From a bacterium (GTDB lineage: Bacteria > UBA10199 > 2-02-FULL-50-16 > JAJFLM01), in NCBI GenBank assembly GCA_965216315.1, contig CBDCFN010000016.1, positions 2,144,001 to 2,208,000 on the forward strand: a DNA stretch of 64,000 bases, given 5' to 3'. The position numbers and the translations under genes were made by a program. A model generated the notes under the pieces. It saw only the letters and a program-made list of their open reading frames with translations. It was not told where the DNA came from and ran no database searches. Every line of letters begins with the position of its first letter. Positions within the stretch are counted from its first letter, which is position 1. Positions 19,562 through 29,813 of the stretch are shown piece by piece.

Positions 19562-20653
19562 TTAGATACCGCGGCGACGACGCTCACGGTCGCGATTGAT
19601 TTCGGTACGCGTGCGGAGATCGAAGCCGTTGTTCCGTCTGGCATCGACAAGGTCCTGGACGGCGCGACGTCGTAGCGTTGTTGAGCTGGCCTCGTGGGGA
19701 TAGCGCGCCCAGCGGTTGGAAAGCTCCTCAACCATAGAAAGCCGCGCTTCCATCGGCAGCTCTCTGAAACGAGGAACTTCATGGTTGAGCACGCGGAGCG
19801 CATGTTCGCCCGGGTTCTCTTGATGATAGTTGGCAACGATCAATTCCTGATAGATCGTAAAAATTTCCCCTTCGCTAAAGACGCGCGGCAGGGTTTCGCC
19901 ATTGGCCCCCGGAAGTTGGGGATTCAACTGATCATTGACCGCAAAGGCGCGGCGCATGACCTCACGCCGGGTCGATTCGTCGAGGTTGAGCAAAAGACTC
20001 TGCATATCCGGGTAACGGGCCTGCAACGTACTCGCTGTGACGTTAATCCCCGCTTGGTTGAGCAAAGGAACCAGCGCTTGATGGCGAATGGTCACGGGCA
20101 CCTCCACGCCAAAGGTATTCAGGCGGGTCGCGCGCATAATCGTTCGAATCGCCTCCAGATGATTGGAATCCTCCATCGTATGGGGACTCGGCAAGGTCGC
20201 GCCGTCACCACCGATAAAGGCACGGTCCAGATCCAAACAGACAAGATCTTCAGGACGAACCTCCGTCATGTCATAGGCCTCGGCCGCGGAATTCAGAAAA
20301 CCATCGGTCGGGTCCGTGTGATTATTCCGGCCTTCGCCATTGCCATTCCCGGAACTTCCCGCAACAATCACTCCACCCAACAGGACGGTTGAAGCCAGGA
20401 CGTTGCCGAAGGAAGAACCGCCATTGTCATCAACTGAAGAGCCGTTGTCCGGCGCTTCGCAGGTCAAGGTTGAATGAGGAGGGCCGCCGGCATCCGCCAA
20501 GAAACCTTCCGGTGCCGTGCATACCCCGCCATCGGCATCCGCCGTGCCATTCGTGTGCACGCTACTTGTTGTCGTATTGTCGTGAGTCGACGGCGTCTCG
20601 TCACAAGATAAAAACCAATTAATGACCGGGATGTCACACCATTCAACGCCCAT
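19562..20653 (-). CDS. Array gene 4: family C protein (363 aa), one hydrophobic helix, EARLS module, Arg-rich end, no Lys
   Basis: Start MGVEWC (AGGAGG RBS); EVPRFRELPMEARLS; ends RDRERRRRGI. Confidence 0.88.
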   Translation of the reverse strand: MGVEWCDIPVINWFLSCDETPSTHDNTTTSSVHTNGTADADGGVCTAPEGFLADAGGPPHSTLTCEAPDNGSSVDDNGGSSFGNVLASTVLLGGVIVAGSSGNGNGEGRNNHTDPTDGFLNSAAEAYDMTEVRPEDLVCLDLDRAFIGGDGATLPSPHTMEDSNHLEAIRTIMRATRLNTFGVEVPVTIRHQALVPLLNQAGINVTASTLQARYPDMQSLLLNLDESTRREVMRRAFAVNDQLNPQLPGANGETLPRVFSEGEIFTIYQELIVANYHQENPGEHALRVLNHEVPRFRELPMEARLSMVEELSNRWARYPHEASSTTLRRRAVQDLVDARRNNGFDLRTRTEINRDRERRRRGI

Positions 20654-20724
20654 AAGTAGCCTCCTAATGATCACTCCAGGCGCACCCTCGTTAATAAGGG
20701 TCGCACCCTGAACTCCTCAATGGA

Positions 20725-20751
20725 TTATCGGCGGGAGCTGACAAAAGTTGC
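20725..20751 (-). promoter_or_regulatory. Array promoter motif (sigma28-like)
   Basis: GCAACTT-ttgtcagctccc-GCCGATAA. Confidence 0.85.
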
Positions 20752-20777
20752 TGAAAAATTACGGATTTTTGCGAAAT

Positions 20778-22751
20778 TTAGGATGCGCTCTTTTGGTGAG
20801 CGCGCTCTACCCCGAGAATCTGGCCCAACAAGAGGAGACGGAAGGCCTGGTTGCGCAAAGGCTGGATCTGCGTATTAAAGACGCGGCGCTGTGCCTCCGT
20901 CCAGGAGCTGGGGTGGACGAAGGCGTAACTGCCATCGGCCTGACGGGTCACCAAACCCGCCGGTTCGGCAAGCGCGTACATCTGCTTTTCAATGGTCTTC
21001 ATCCGCAGCATGGCGCGGCGCCATAGATGAACGGTGAGCCGTTGATGATCGGAGATGCTTCCCGTGTCGGCAGCGATCAGGCCCCGTATTACCTCGGCAT
21101 CGGAGGCGCGTCCGCCGGTATAGTCCGCGAGCATCTGATACTGATCGGTAATGTTCTTCCGATTGTTCCGATAGAAGGTACGGACTTCCGTCCGATACGT
21201 GTCCCAATTAACCGTCGGCCGAAAGGCGCGCATCGCCGCCGGCAGGTCATAGAGAATGTTACCACTGGCATCGCGGAGCGGATTGCCGGCGCTGTCACGT
21301 TGAATATAGCCGTTGAGATGTTCCTGATATTGGGGACCCACGTTGCGGATAAAGAAGTCGAGCAGGGTATCTTCGACCGACTGTCCAAAGCTCGCTGAAT
21401 CCCGCACCATCATGCGAATAATCCGGTCACGCTCGCTCTCCATAATGCCACGGGTCTCGGCACTGAGGGCCTCACTAACACCGGTTCCGGTCATCATGAT
21501 ATTGCCCATAAAGAGCGTCGAGATATTGCCGGTACTGAGGAAGCCCGCGCGATCGCCGGAGAGATCTTGTTCGCCGGTCATCCAATTGATGACATCCGTA
21601 TGCACGAGGCGGTTGGCCAGCTGATCGAGACGGTACTCGCGCTGGCTGCCTTCGTCCAAGGTCTTGCCGACACCCCAATAGATCGCGCCGATCGCCAGAT
21701 CCACTAAAGTGACGCCACCAATGATACCTCCCGCACCGCGTGCGAGGATGGCTCCGCCTCTTACCGCCCGACCTGCGAGGCCAATCCAGCGTGACGCCGC
21801 CACGGTCGCGAGCCGTCCGGTCGCGGCACTGGTTGCCAAGCGGCCACCGACCCACTCGAGACCCTTGAGGCCCATCACGGCGCCGACACCGGCGGTAATA
21901 CTGCCGTACTCGTTCTGTTGGGTCCCGATCTCGACGCCGGCCGCATGCAAGAGCAACGCCGACATCATCTGGTACCCGACGATGGGGGGAATGCTCCGCC
22001 CCAGCGTAGCCATGCTGCCCCGTTGAACGAGGCCCAGATCGGCAAGGGCCTTGTGCCCCAACATCGCCGTCGAAAAGAGGATCGGACCGCGCGCCCCATC
22101 GGGAATCGTCCCGTCGGCCACTGCGGGCCTGAGCAGACGGTCATCGATGTAAAAAAGAAAGAGCAGTTGTCCACCCGCCGACAGTCCATGAACCGCCGTC
22201 GAACGCAGCGCGGTATGCACGGGACCCAAGGGAGGTTGCGGGCCGCTCCCACCGCCGGTCGTCGCGAGCGAGCGCGGCACCAACGAGGGCAAAGGCGTAT
22301 CGGCCGTAGCGGCGCCGGCACGCATATAGATAAACTCAAACTGCGGAACCGTCGCACCGGGCGCCCCATTGGGTGTCGCGACCATCTGATAGCGCACCCC
22401 GACGTTGGCGAGCGAAACCCCATTGCCGGATAACGAAAGCGCGTAGGGGCGCAGGTACGAGGGAAGCAGATGAGCGGAATCCTGTAACGAGTAGGTCTTG
22501 CCCGGCTCAAAGTTATTGAGGGCCGCCTGATCGGCCGCGGCGTTGGCGTCGGCAAAATAGGCCGTCGGACCCACGTCGTAGGCACTGTCCATAAAGGGGA
22601 AACTCGCCGTACTGGAATAGTTCGGATCCACGGGACCCGTCAGGACAGGATCGCTGCTCGCATCCGTCACCGGTAGTGAACAGGTCAACGGCGCTGTTGG
22701 CGCAGAAAAAGTGGGTTCGGCCCCACAGGACTGAATTGTCGAATCGCACAT
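20778..22751 (-). CDS. Array gene 5: family A protein (657 aa)
   Basis: Closest to 24960 (DGTIP.GARGP, SIPP.VGYQ, AGVE.GTQ.NEYGSI, GGVTL.DL, REYRL, VNWD, WTEAQ). Confidence 0.9.
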   Translation of the reverse strand: MCDSTIQSCGAEPTFSAPTAPLTCSLPVTDASSDPVLTGPVDPNYSSTASFPFMDSAYDVGPTAYFADANAAADQAALNNFEPGKTYSLQDSAHLLPSYLRPYALSLSGNGVSLANVGVRYQMVATPNGAPGATVPQFEFIYMRAGAATADTPLPSLVPRSLATTGGGSGPQPPLGPVHTALRSTAVHGLSAGGQLLFLFYIDDRLLRPAVADGTIPDGARGPILFSTAMLGHKALADLGLVQRGSMATLGRSIPPIVGYQMMSALLLHAAGVEIGTQQNEYGSITAGVGAVMGLKGLEWVGGRLATSAATGRLATVAASRWIGLAGRAVRGGAILARGAGGIIGGVTLVDLAIGAIYWGVGKTLDEGSQREYRLDQLANRLVHTDVINWMTGEQDLSGDRAGFLSTGNISTLFMGNIMMTGTGVSEALSAETRGIMESERDRIIRMMVRDSASFGQSVEDTLLDFFIRNVGPQYQEHLNGYIQRDSAGNPLRDASGNILYDLPAAMRAFRPTVNWDTYRTEVRTFYRNNRKNITDQYQMLADYTGGRASDAEVIRGLIAADTGSISDHQRLTVHLWRRAMLRMKTIEKQMYALAEPAGLVTRQADGSYAFVHPSSWTEAQRRVFNTQIQPLRNQAFRLLLLGQILGVERAHQKSAS

Positions 22752-22786
22752 ACGCTACCACCTTTTACACCCGTTCTCCAATTTGG

Positions 22787-22813
22787 TTATCGGCGAGGAT
22801 TCGCAAGAGTTGC
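22787..22813 (-). promoter_or_regulatory. Array promoter motif (sigma28-like)
   Basis: GCAACTC-ttgcgaatcctc-GCCGATAA. Confidence 0.85.
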
Positions 22814-22854
22814 GGGGAATTTTGCGGATTTTCGCAAAGACTTGGAAAACGGGC

Positions 22855-24825
22855 TTAAGCCGGCTGATGTGCCTTGATAATGACCTCCAGGGCCTTCAAG
22901 CGGCTTTTGAGCCTCACGCCTTCACTTGGCTCCCGTCCCTCCCCGACGAGGAAGGTCCGCTGGGCCGGCGTCAGCTCGTTGATGGACGTGAAGCTGACCG
23001 CCACGATCTTGTCGCCGACCCGCTTGCTCAGGCCCAGCTCCAGTTTGCGCTGTTCCCACTGCTGCTGGACCCGTTTGAGCTCGGCCGTGGCCTGTGCCTG
23101 GAGTTCCTTATCGAGGCGTTCGTTGTTGATCGCGCTACCGCCCTTGCCCATAACGGAGTAACCGAGCTGGATATCAGAATCGCGGTGTTTGGTGAGTTTG
23201 AGTAGGTACTGGCTGTTCTCGAATTGCTCTTTGGTCCAGCTCCCGTAGCGACCCCGCAAGCGTCGTTGGAATTCGAACGCGTCAAAGGTGGGTGTTTTGT
23301 CCCGAACGTCCACGGTGGAAAGCGCGACCTCGAGCATATTATCCTTGATATCCAAGGAAAAGACCCGGCTTGCGTCAGTCCATTCATTCTCCCGCATCGA
23401 AATCGCCCCATAGTCTCCGTAAAGGGCTTCGTAACAATCATCGGAGAAAATGGTCGGAATCGTCCACATGCCTTTGCTGACGTTGCTAAAGACATTCCCC
23501 ACATGACCGAGTACGGGTACCTCCGAATTCGACTCATGGACCACTGAATCAAAGGCCGCCTGCAGGAGGCGGTAATGAGGACTCCCGTCATCCGCCACCC
23601 AATCCACGACGGCGCCGCCGAGGGCATCGCCCAACCAGACCGCCAGCGCGGCATTGGCCGCCTGCAAGGTCCCGCCCATGACCTTGGCTCCGGTGCTGCC
23701 GGTGATGCCGGTCCAACCCGGGGCCCGAAAGATACGGCCAAGGCGCCCGGCGTTTAAGGACCACCCACTCGATGCCATTAACTCGCCATTCGTCGTCAGC
23801 GCCCGCGTCGATTGCCACGCGGCGTTAAAGGCCGGGTAGTCGGCGGCCAGGGCTGGGAGGACCTTGGTATAGGTATAAAGGGAGAGACCGAGGCTTCCAT
23901 AGGTATTGGCGTCCGTCCCCATTTCCACGCCCGCGGCATCGAGGCCGTAAGCGGCCGCAAGATTGAGCCCGGTAAACATGGGCATCCCTTCGAGGGCCGG
24001 ACCCCACTGAAAATTGGGAATCATGCCGAGGCGCCGAGCGCCTTCAAATAACAACAGACTGCCACCCGCGCGCGCCCGGCCTTGATAAGGCTCGGGCAGG
24101 TCGAGCTTGGCGATGGAATAGTCAACCATCGCGACAATCCCGACGATACCCCCGACCTGATAGACGGTCGTCAACGGTCCGGGCTGCTGCGGCGTCGGTT
24201 TAGGACCGCCGGTCTGGACCAGGCTCTTGCCTTCCGGCATAAAGACCTTAACCGGCGCCTTGCCCATTGAAGTGAAATCTCCTTTCGGGGTCGTCCCAAA
24301 GAAATTTTTCAGCAGCGCCGATTTGTGTAGGAAAAGGATCGACGGCACCGCCGCCGCCCCGGCGACCTCCTTCATCTCGTAGCGAAAATAGATGTCTTCT
24401 TCGTCACGATACTCCCGCATCGCCTCCTGCATCGGAGTCGGCAGCTGACTAAAGTTGGCTTTGAGCGAGTAGGTCTGGCCGGCCTGGAGTTTCCCCGTCA
24501 TCGCGGCAATCTCGGCCTGGAGTTGGCCGGTTTGTTGGTCTTGGTTCCACGCATCGATCTCTTCGAGCGGAATCGTATCCGCCGTGCGCGGCGCCTTATT
24601 ATTCAGCAGTTCCTGGTGCCGTTCCCGCGTCGCCTTCATCGTCACGGCAAGTTGATCAACGGGATTCTGCAGCGGTACGGCGGGAACGGAATCCTTTGGA
24701 CCCGTATAACTATCGAGTTTGACGACGGGTCCGCCCTCGTAAGCCGGAGCTTCGCAGGCGGGTACAATAAAGGGATTGTCCGGATTGGGGTTTTTGGAGC
24801 TAATTGGTCGACACTGGTCGGTCAT
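22855..24825 (-). CDS. Array gene 6: family A protein (656 aa, Lys-rich twin of gene 8)
   Basis: EVAGA..P, LEGMP.FTG, NTYGS, DW.A.DGSP.YRL..AAFDS, KLTKHRDS shared with 26903. Confidence 0.9.
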   Translation of the reverse strand: MTDQCRPISSKNPNPDNPFIVPACEAPAYEGGPVVKLDSYTGPKDSVPAVPLQNPVDQLAVTMKATRERHQELLNNKAPRTADTIPLEEIDAWNQDQQTGQLQAEIAAMTGKLQAGQTYSLKANFSQLPTPMQEAMREYRDEEDIYFRYEMKEVAGAAAVPSILFLHKSALLKNFFGTTPKGDFTSMGKAPVKVFMPEGKSLVQTGGPKPTPQQPGPLTTVYQVGGIVGIVAMVDYSIAKLDLPEPYQGRARAGGSLLLFEGARRLGMIPNFQWGPALEGMPMFTGLNLAAAYGLDAAGVEMGTDANTYGSLGLSLYTYTKVLPALAADYPAFNAAWQSTRALTTNGELMASSGWSLNAGRLGRIFRAPGWTGITGSTGAKVMGGTLQAANAALAVWLGDALGGAVVDWVADDGSPHYRLLQAAFDSVVHESNSEVPVLGHVGNVFSNVSKGMWTIPTIFSDDCYEALYGDYGAISMRENEWTDASRVFSLDIKDNMLEVALSTVDVRDKTPTFDAFEFQRRLRGRYGSWTKEQFENSQYLLKLTKHRDSDIQLGYSVMGKGGSAINNERLDKELQAQATAELKRVQQQWEQRKLELGLSKRVGDKIVAVSFTSINELTPAQRTFLVGEGREPSEGVRLKSRLKALEVIIKAHQPA

Positions 24826-24869
24826 GTGCGCACACCTCTAATAGGGTGCACCCATGAGCTCCATTTCTG

Positions 24870-24896
24870 TTATCGGCGGGGATTCGCAAGAGTTGC
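24870..24896 (-). promoter_or_regulatory. Array promoter motif (sigma28-like)
   Basis: GCAACTC-ttgcgaatcccc-GCCGATAA. Confidence 0.85.
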
Positions 24897-24930
24897 GGAG
24901 AATTTGACGAAAATTCGTAAAATCTTGAAA

Positions 24931-24987
24931 GACCTCCCCTAGCCCTGAACCCCCTCTCCTTACGAAGGAGAGGGCTGGGGAGAGGTC
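24931..24987. repeat. REP-like palindromic element overlapping the stop of gene 7
   Basis: ccctctccttacgaaggagaggg hairpin within gacctcccctagccc.../gggctggggagaggtc; encodes the TSPQPSPS-stop end of gene 7. Confidence 0.75.
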
Positions 24988-26786
24988 CTCGGCGTCGGCG
25001 CCAGCGCCTGCATCGCGAGCCGCATCCGCTGAATTTCCATAATCTGGGGCATAATCCGGGTCCGATAGGCCGTTTGTTGCGCCTCGGTCAGATGCTCGGG
25101 GCGCCGGATCGCGAAGCGTCCGTCCGGTAGCTCCTCTGCCAGGCCCCAAGCCACCGCCTGTTGATTCATCTGCTGCTCCGCAGCGCTCAAACGCGCCTGA
25201 GCACGACGATAGAGATGCTGCCGGAGTCGCCCCTGATTACGAATCTGCCCGAGACCGGTGATATTGAGGCGGATGTTCTCACCAATCGGTGCGCGTCCCC
25301 CAATGTACTCCTCTAAGAAGTCATAGTGGCTCTGAATACCGGTTCGGTTGCCCCGGTAGAAGGTAACCACCCCGGTCTCGACTGAATCCCAATTGATTTG
25401 GGAACGAAAACTCGTCAAGGCCGCCTGCGCGCCGGTCGTTGAGTGACTGGCAAGATGGCGCTGAAATTGGGTCCCTGCCTGGCTCAAAATTTGATTGAAA
25501 AGCACGTCCTCAACCTGGGTCCCAAAGGCATCCGAATCGGCTGCCAAACGCCCGATAATCTGCTCCCGACCGCCATCGAGATCGCGGTCAAAGTCGTCGG
25601 AGGCTGCAGCCCCAATCCCACGACCCAAGCGGAAAATATTGCCTAGAAAGAGTGAGGGCCAAAAACCCATCGATTCATTATTGATGATGTCATCGGCTAA
25701 CCCGGTCAGCCGGTACTCACGCGCCACCGCGTCGTCAGAGATCATCTCACCACCGGCCCAGACCACGCCGCCAATCAGCAGATCCGCCAGGGTCACCCCC
25801 CCGACAACACCCGCCACGCCGCGTCCCGCCACGCTCAGACCTCGTAGGAGCCGTGCCCCGCGGGCCATCTGAACGACACCGTTCACTTCCACGGTCGGTA
25901 ACGCCGCAGCAACCCGGCCCATGGTATGAAGCGTCAAGGCCGTCCCGGCAGCACCAACGATGCTCCCGTATTCATTGGCCTGCGTCCCGACCTCAACACC
26001 GGCATAATGGAGCAGCATCATCGCCATGACCTGATAGCCGACGAAGGGCGGAATACTCGCACCGATCTGCCGCAAGGGCGTTCGTTGAATCAGTCCGGTG
26101 CGGACAATGGCCTCGTTCATTAAGAGCACACTCGAGAGCAAGAGCGGGCCACGGGCACCATTCGGAATGGTCCCATCCTCGACGAGCGGGCGGAGTAAAT
26201 AATTATCGATCGCTAGAATGGCCACGATCTGCCCGGTTGCCGCGGTAATCTGGGCGGTCGTCGTGTGAATATTCGGGGCCGGTTCGGGAGCCGGTCCACC
26301 CGGCGCGGCTCCTCCGCGCGGGGTCGCCGCTGCTGGAACTTCAACCTCGGTGCTGGGTCCGCTCATCTGCATGATGTGGAGACGCGGTGGACCCACGACC
26401 CCTTCCGGTGTCACGGTGCGCGTCACTTGAAAACCGATGCGTTCCAGTGGAGTCCCGCCGGAGACCGCTAGTGCGGTATAGGCATCGACAAAGGCTGGCA
26501 GCAGATGACCGGATTCCGCCATCGAATAGGTCCGCCCCGCTTCAAAGGCGTCGACAGAGATTTCGCTCGGACGAGACCGATCCTGAAACAGACTCAGCGG
26601 AGGCTGTGCCGGAGCTGCCGGCGGGGCCTGCAGGGCGCTCAGATCGTCAGCGATAAAAAAGACGTCGCCCGCTTGCTGAACTGCTTCGGGGCTTGGATTC
26701 GGGTTTTCGGTCGGGGTCGGTGCGCCTGGGATGACACTTGCAGGGGTGCTCGTGTCGACACAGCATTGAGTTGTTGGATTACACAT
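24960..26786 (-). CDS. Array gene 7: family A protein (608 aa, no Lys)
   Basis: MCNPTTQCC start; paralog of 20778; no K found in the translation. Confidence 0.9.
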   Translation of the reverse strand: MCNPTTQCCVDTSTPASVIPGAPTPTENPNPSPEAVQQAGDVFFIADDLSALQAPPAAPAQPPLSLFQDRSRPSEISVDAFEAGRTYSMAESGHLLPAFVDAYTALAVSGGTPLERIGFQVTRTVTPEGVVGPPRLHIMQMSGPSTEVEVPAAATPRGGAAPGGPAPEPAPNIHTTTAQITAATGQIVAILAIDNYLLRPLVEDGTIPNGARGPLLLSSVLLMNEAIVRTGLIQRTPLRQIGASIPPFVGYQVMAMMLLHYAGVEVGTQANEYGSIVGAAGTALTLHTMGRVAAALPTVEVNGVVQMARGARLLRGLSVAGRGVAGVVGGVTLADLLIGGVVWAGGEMISDDAVAREYRLTGLADDIINNESMGFWPSLFLGNIFRLGRGIGAAASDDFDRDLDGGREQIIGRLAADSDAFGTQVEDVLFNQILSQAGTQFQRHLASHSTTGAQAALTSFRSQINWDSVETGVVTFYRGNRTGIQSHYDFLEEYIGGRAPIGENIRLNITGLGQIRNQGRLRQHLYRRAQARLSAAEQQMNQQAVAWGLAEELPDGRFAIRRPEHLTEAQQTAYRTRIMPQIMEIQRMRLAMQALAPTPRTSPQPSPS

Positions 26787-26834
26787 ATCGGTTCATCTCC
26801 ATATGAACCATGCGCAGTATCCACTACGATCTAG

Positions 26835-26861
26835 TTATCGGCGACGCTTCGCAAGAGTTGC
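26835..26861 (-). promoter_or_regulatory. Array promoter motif (sigma28-like)
   Basis: GCAACTC-ttgcgaagcgtc-GCCGATAA. Confidence 0.85.
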
Positions 26862-26902
26862 GGAAAATTTGACGAAAATTCGCAAATTATCGAAAAACCG
26901 CC

Positions 26903-29569
26903 CTAATACTCATCATTGATCGTAAATTCGACCGTATAGCTATTTCCGTCCAGGGAACGCGGAAAATCATCGACGTTCCACAGATCGCCGTAATAGCTGC
27001 GTGAGAGATCGATATGGGCCCGCAGGGCCGACTCGCGGTCCCCCGCCCCGATGATATCGTAGCTCTGAAAGCTCCCCGTACCAGAGATATTGAGGCGTAT
27101 CGTCACCGGTTCCCACGTACACTCCGTCCGGCGATTGAGGATGTCGGCGTAAAGCTCCTCGGCGACAGTCTCGTACTCGGCCCGCGGCCCGGCCACGGCA
27201 TCGTTAAAGCGCGCCTGCACCCCATCGACAATGGATTGCAGGGCCAGCTGGCGTGAACCCAGCACAATATTTTCAGTGGGTTCATTCGTCCCATCCCCAA
27301 AGAGAAAGGCATATTGGGATGGGTTGAGCTCATCGGCGGAGCGGAATTCAATCATCCTCAACTCGCTCCCCTCGCGGTAGGCCAGCCCTAATTCAATCAG
27401 CCGGTTTTCCCGCGCCTGCGTCGCCGTTCTGAGCTGGGCGGTCGCGTTATCATAGAGCGTCCGATTAAGCCGGTCTTCCTGGTCAATCTCGCCATCCCGG
27501 TCGAGCGCGTGATAGATGTTGTTGATGTGGCTGTCGCGATGCTTGGTCAGCTTCATCAAGGCATAGAGATTATCCTGCTCATCTGAACTGAGCGAACTCA
27601 TGTAACGCTGCAGGGCCCCCTCGAAGGCCTCGTAGTTGAAGGTCAAGGGCTGCGCGTTATAATCAATCGAACTCAACGCCAGTGATACCAAGTTATTCTC
27701 GGTGTTGACGGCAAAGTTCCGGGCCGCATCGACCCATTCACGCTCACGCATCGCAATCCCGCCGTTGGGGCCATAAAGCGGGTTTTCATCGGCGAACCAG
27801 GACACGGGTTCGGCGACGATCGTCCAGATCCCCTGCGTCAAACTCGGAAAGATCCCACCGACGACACAACCATCTTCCTGCACCAAGGAGTCAAAAGCCG
27901 CCTTCATCAAGCGATACTCGGGACTGCCATCGTTGGCCGCCCAATCGACGAGAACACCACCGAACATATCGCCGAGCATGACGGCGAAAAAGGCCGACGC
28001 CGCCTGGAGGCTGCCGCCGAGCACACGGGTACCGAGACTGCCGTTGATGCCGGTCAGGTAACCCGCCCCGCCGGCGCTCGCACCGGCATTCGCCCAAGAG
28101 ATCGTCGCCGAGGTACTCGAGGCCCAAGCCCAACCTTCAGTCCCGAGCAACTGCCCGAGGCGACCCAAGGGCTGAAGACTTCCCCGCGACGACGCCAAGA
28201 GCTCACCCGTCGTTGAAATGCCGCGCGTCGAATGCCAGGCCGTATTGAAACCAGCAGAATTATTGGCCAGCCACGGAACAACCGTCGTATAGGTTGCCGC
28301 CGAGGCCCCGAAGCTTCCATAGGTGTTCAAGGGCGTTCCGATCGGCGCCCCGCCGGCATCGAACAAGTAACTAAAGCCGTAATTCATCCCGGTAAACAAC
28401 GGCATGCCTTCGAGACCCGCAGCCCACTGAAAAGGCAGGAGACCGGTACGCCGCAGCCCCTCAAAACCGAGGACAGTGCCAACCGCACGCGCCTCCCCCT
28501 GATACTCCTCGGGGATGTCTAAAGCGATGACGCTGGCATCGACAACCATCAAGACGGCCGTCATCCCGGCCGCCTGTTGCAGACCGACTAGCGGTTGAAA
28601 CCCACCGCCGCCGCCACCATTACGCGGGCCTCCCGTTCCTTCCAATGAACGCCCTTCCGGCAACCAAACGCGAATCGGCGCCCGACCGATATTCGGGGGC
28701 CGCAACAGCCCGCCCAGGACCCCTTCCCCGGTCATCATGGACGTATTGGAACCTCCTAAGAGGCCGCGCCCGCGCGTCAAAAACAGGAACGGAACCATCG
28801 CGCCGGCGACCTCGTGCAGCTCAAAGCGGAAAGAGAGCTGTTCATCATCCCGATAACCTTCGAGCGAGGCCTGCATCGAACGCGGTAAGATATCAAAATT
28901 CTCGGCCAGGTTGTGGTCGACCCCTTCTGACAAGACGGACGTCATGTAATCGATGTCGGACTGCAACTCTTGCTGGCGGCGCCGTTCGTGCGTCGCCGCC
29001 ACGACCTCGGGAGAGAGCGATGTCGCGGTAAAGGACCCGGCATTATCGAGAATGCCCGCGATGCGTTCACGCTCGGCCAACATCTGGGTCTCAAGCTGAT
29101 CGAGCATGGCGGGAGTAATGATCGCGGGCTCTTCATAGGTCAGGTGGAGATGACCGTCTTCCCCCATCACGAATTGATAAGAACCACTCAGGGCCGGATC
29201 CCAGCTCGGTTCGTCGCCGAGAAAGAGGCTGCCTCCTGCGTCCAGAGATGTCCGGATCAACTGGCCGTCTTCCGTCAGAGTGACACGGTATTGAACATCG
29301 CCAAAATAAGGGGCAGCCGCGTCATTATGCCAGGCCAACAAACTGTCGGTCGTGACATTGGCTGGCAATTCCGGACCAACAAACAGGGTCGGGGTTTCCG
29401 TTGCATCATAACGGATAAGATTGAGCGGCGCTCCGTTGCCGAGAACAACCTCGTCAAAATGGCTTCGCTCCTCAGGATTTAGGACAAAAGTGGGATTAAC
29501 GACAACGTTGGAAGTCGTGTCTTCAACAACACGGCACCGGCCGTTGGCGTCACAGATCAAATCAACCAT
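26903..29569 (-). CDS. Array gene 8: family A protein with N- and C-terminal extensions (888 aa, about 3 Lys)
   Basis: Start set at MVDLICDANGRC (GAGGAG RBS); core aligns with gene 6. Confidence 0.9.
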   Translation of the reverse strand: MVDLICDANGRCRVVEDTTSNVVVNPTFVLNPEERSHFDEVVLGNGAPLNLIRYDATETPTLFVGPELPANVTTDSLLAWHNDAAAPYFGDVQYRVTLTEDGQLIRTSLDAGGSLFLGDEPSWDPALSGSYQFVMGEDGHLHLTYEEPAIITPAMLDQLETQMLAERERIAGILDNAGSFTATSLSPEVVAATHERRRQQELQSDIDYMTSVLSEGVDHNLAENFDILPRSMQASLEGYRDDEQLSFRFELHEVAGAMVPFLFLTRGRGLLGGSNTSMMTGEGVLGGLLRPPNIGRAPIRVWLPEGRSLEGTGGPRNGGGGGGFQPLVGLQQAAGMTAVLMVVDASVIALDIPEEYQGEARAVGTVLGFEGLRRTGLLPFQWAAGLEGMPLFTGMNYGFSYLFDAGGAPIGTPLNTYGSFGASAATYTTVVPWLANNSAGFNTAWHSTRGISTTGELLASSRGSLQPLGRLGQLLGTEGWAWASSTSATISWANAGASAGGAGYLTGINGSLGTRVLGGSLQAASAFFAVMLGDMFGGVLVDWAANDGSPEYRLMKAAFDSLVQEDGCVVGGIFPSLTQGIWTIVAEPVSWFADENPLYGPNGGIAMREREWVDAARNFAVNTENNLVSLALSSIDYNAQPLTFNYEAFEGALQRYMSSLSSDEQDNLYALMKLTKHRDSHINNIYHALDRDGEIDQEDRLNRTLYDNATAQLRTATQARENRLIELGLAYREGSELRMIEFRSADELNPSQYAFLFGDGTNEPTENIVLGSRQLALQSIVDGVQARFNDAVAGPRAEYETVAEELYADILNRRTECTWEPVTIRLNISGTGSFQSYDIIGAGDRESALRAHIDLSRSYYGDLWNVDDFPRSLDGNSYTVEFTINDEY

Positions 29570-29637
29570 GACACTCCTCGACCCTCTCACACACACGCAT
29601 TCAGCCAACCCAAGGCTTTACACATACACAGCCTAAG

Positions 29638-29664
29638 TTATCGGCCTCGGCTTACGAAAGTTGC
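29638..29664 (-). promoter_or_regulatory. Array promoter motif (sigma28-like)
   Basis: GCAACTT-tcgtaagccgag-GCCGATAA. Confidence 0.85.
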
Positions 29665-29813
29665 GAAGGTCTATGCGAAAATTCACAAAATCGCCGGCTT
29701 GCACAGGGAGTCCGGCGCACCCAAAATCACATAACTTCTCTTAATTACTAAGTTTATTATCGTTTCGTTACCGGGCTTAGTCGCGGGAAATATTTGCGAA
29801 AATTAGGGGAAAT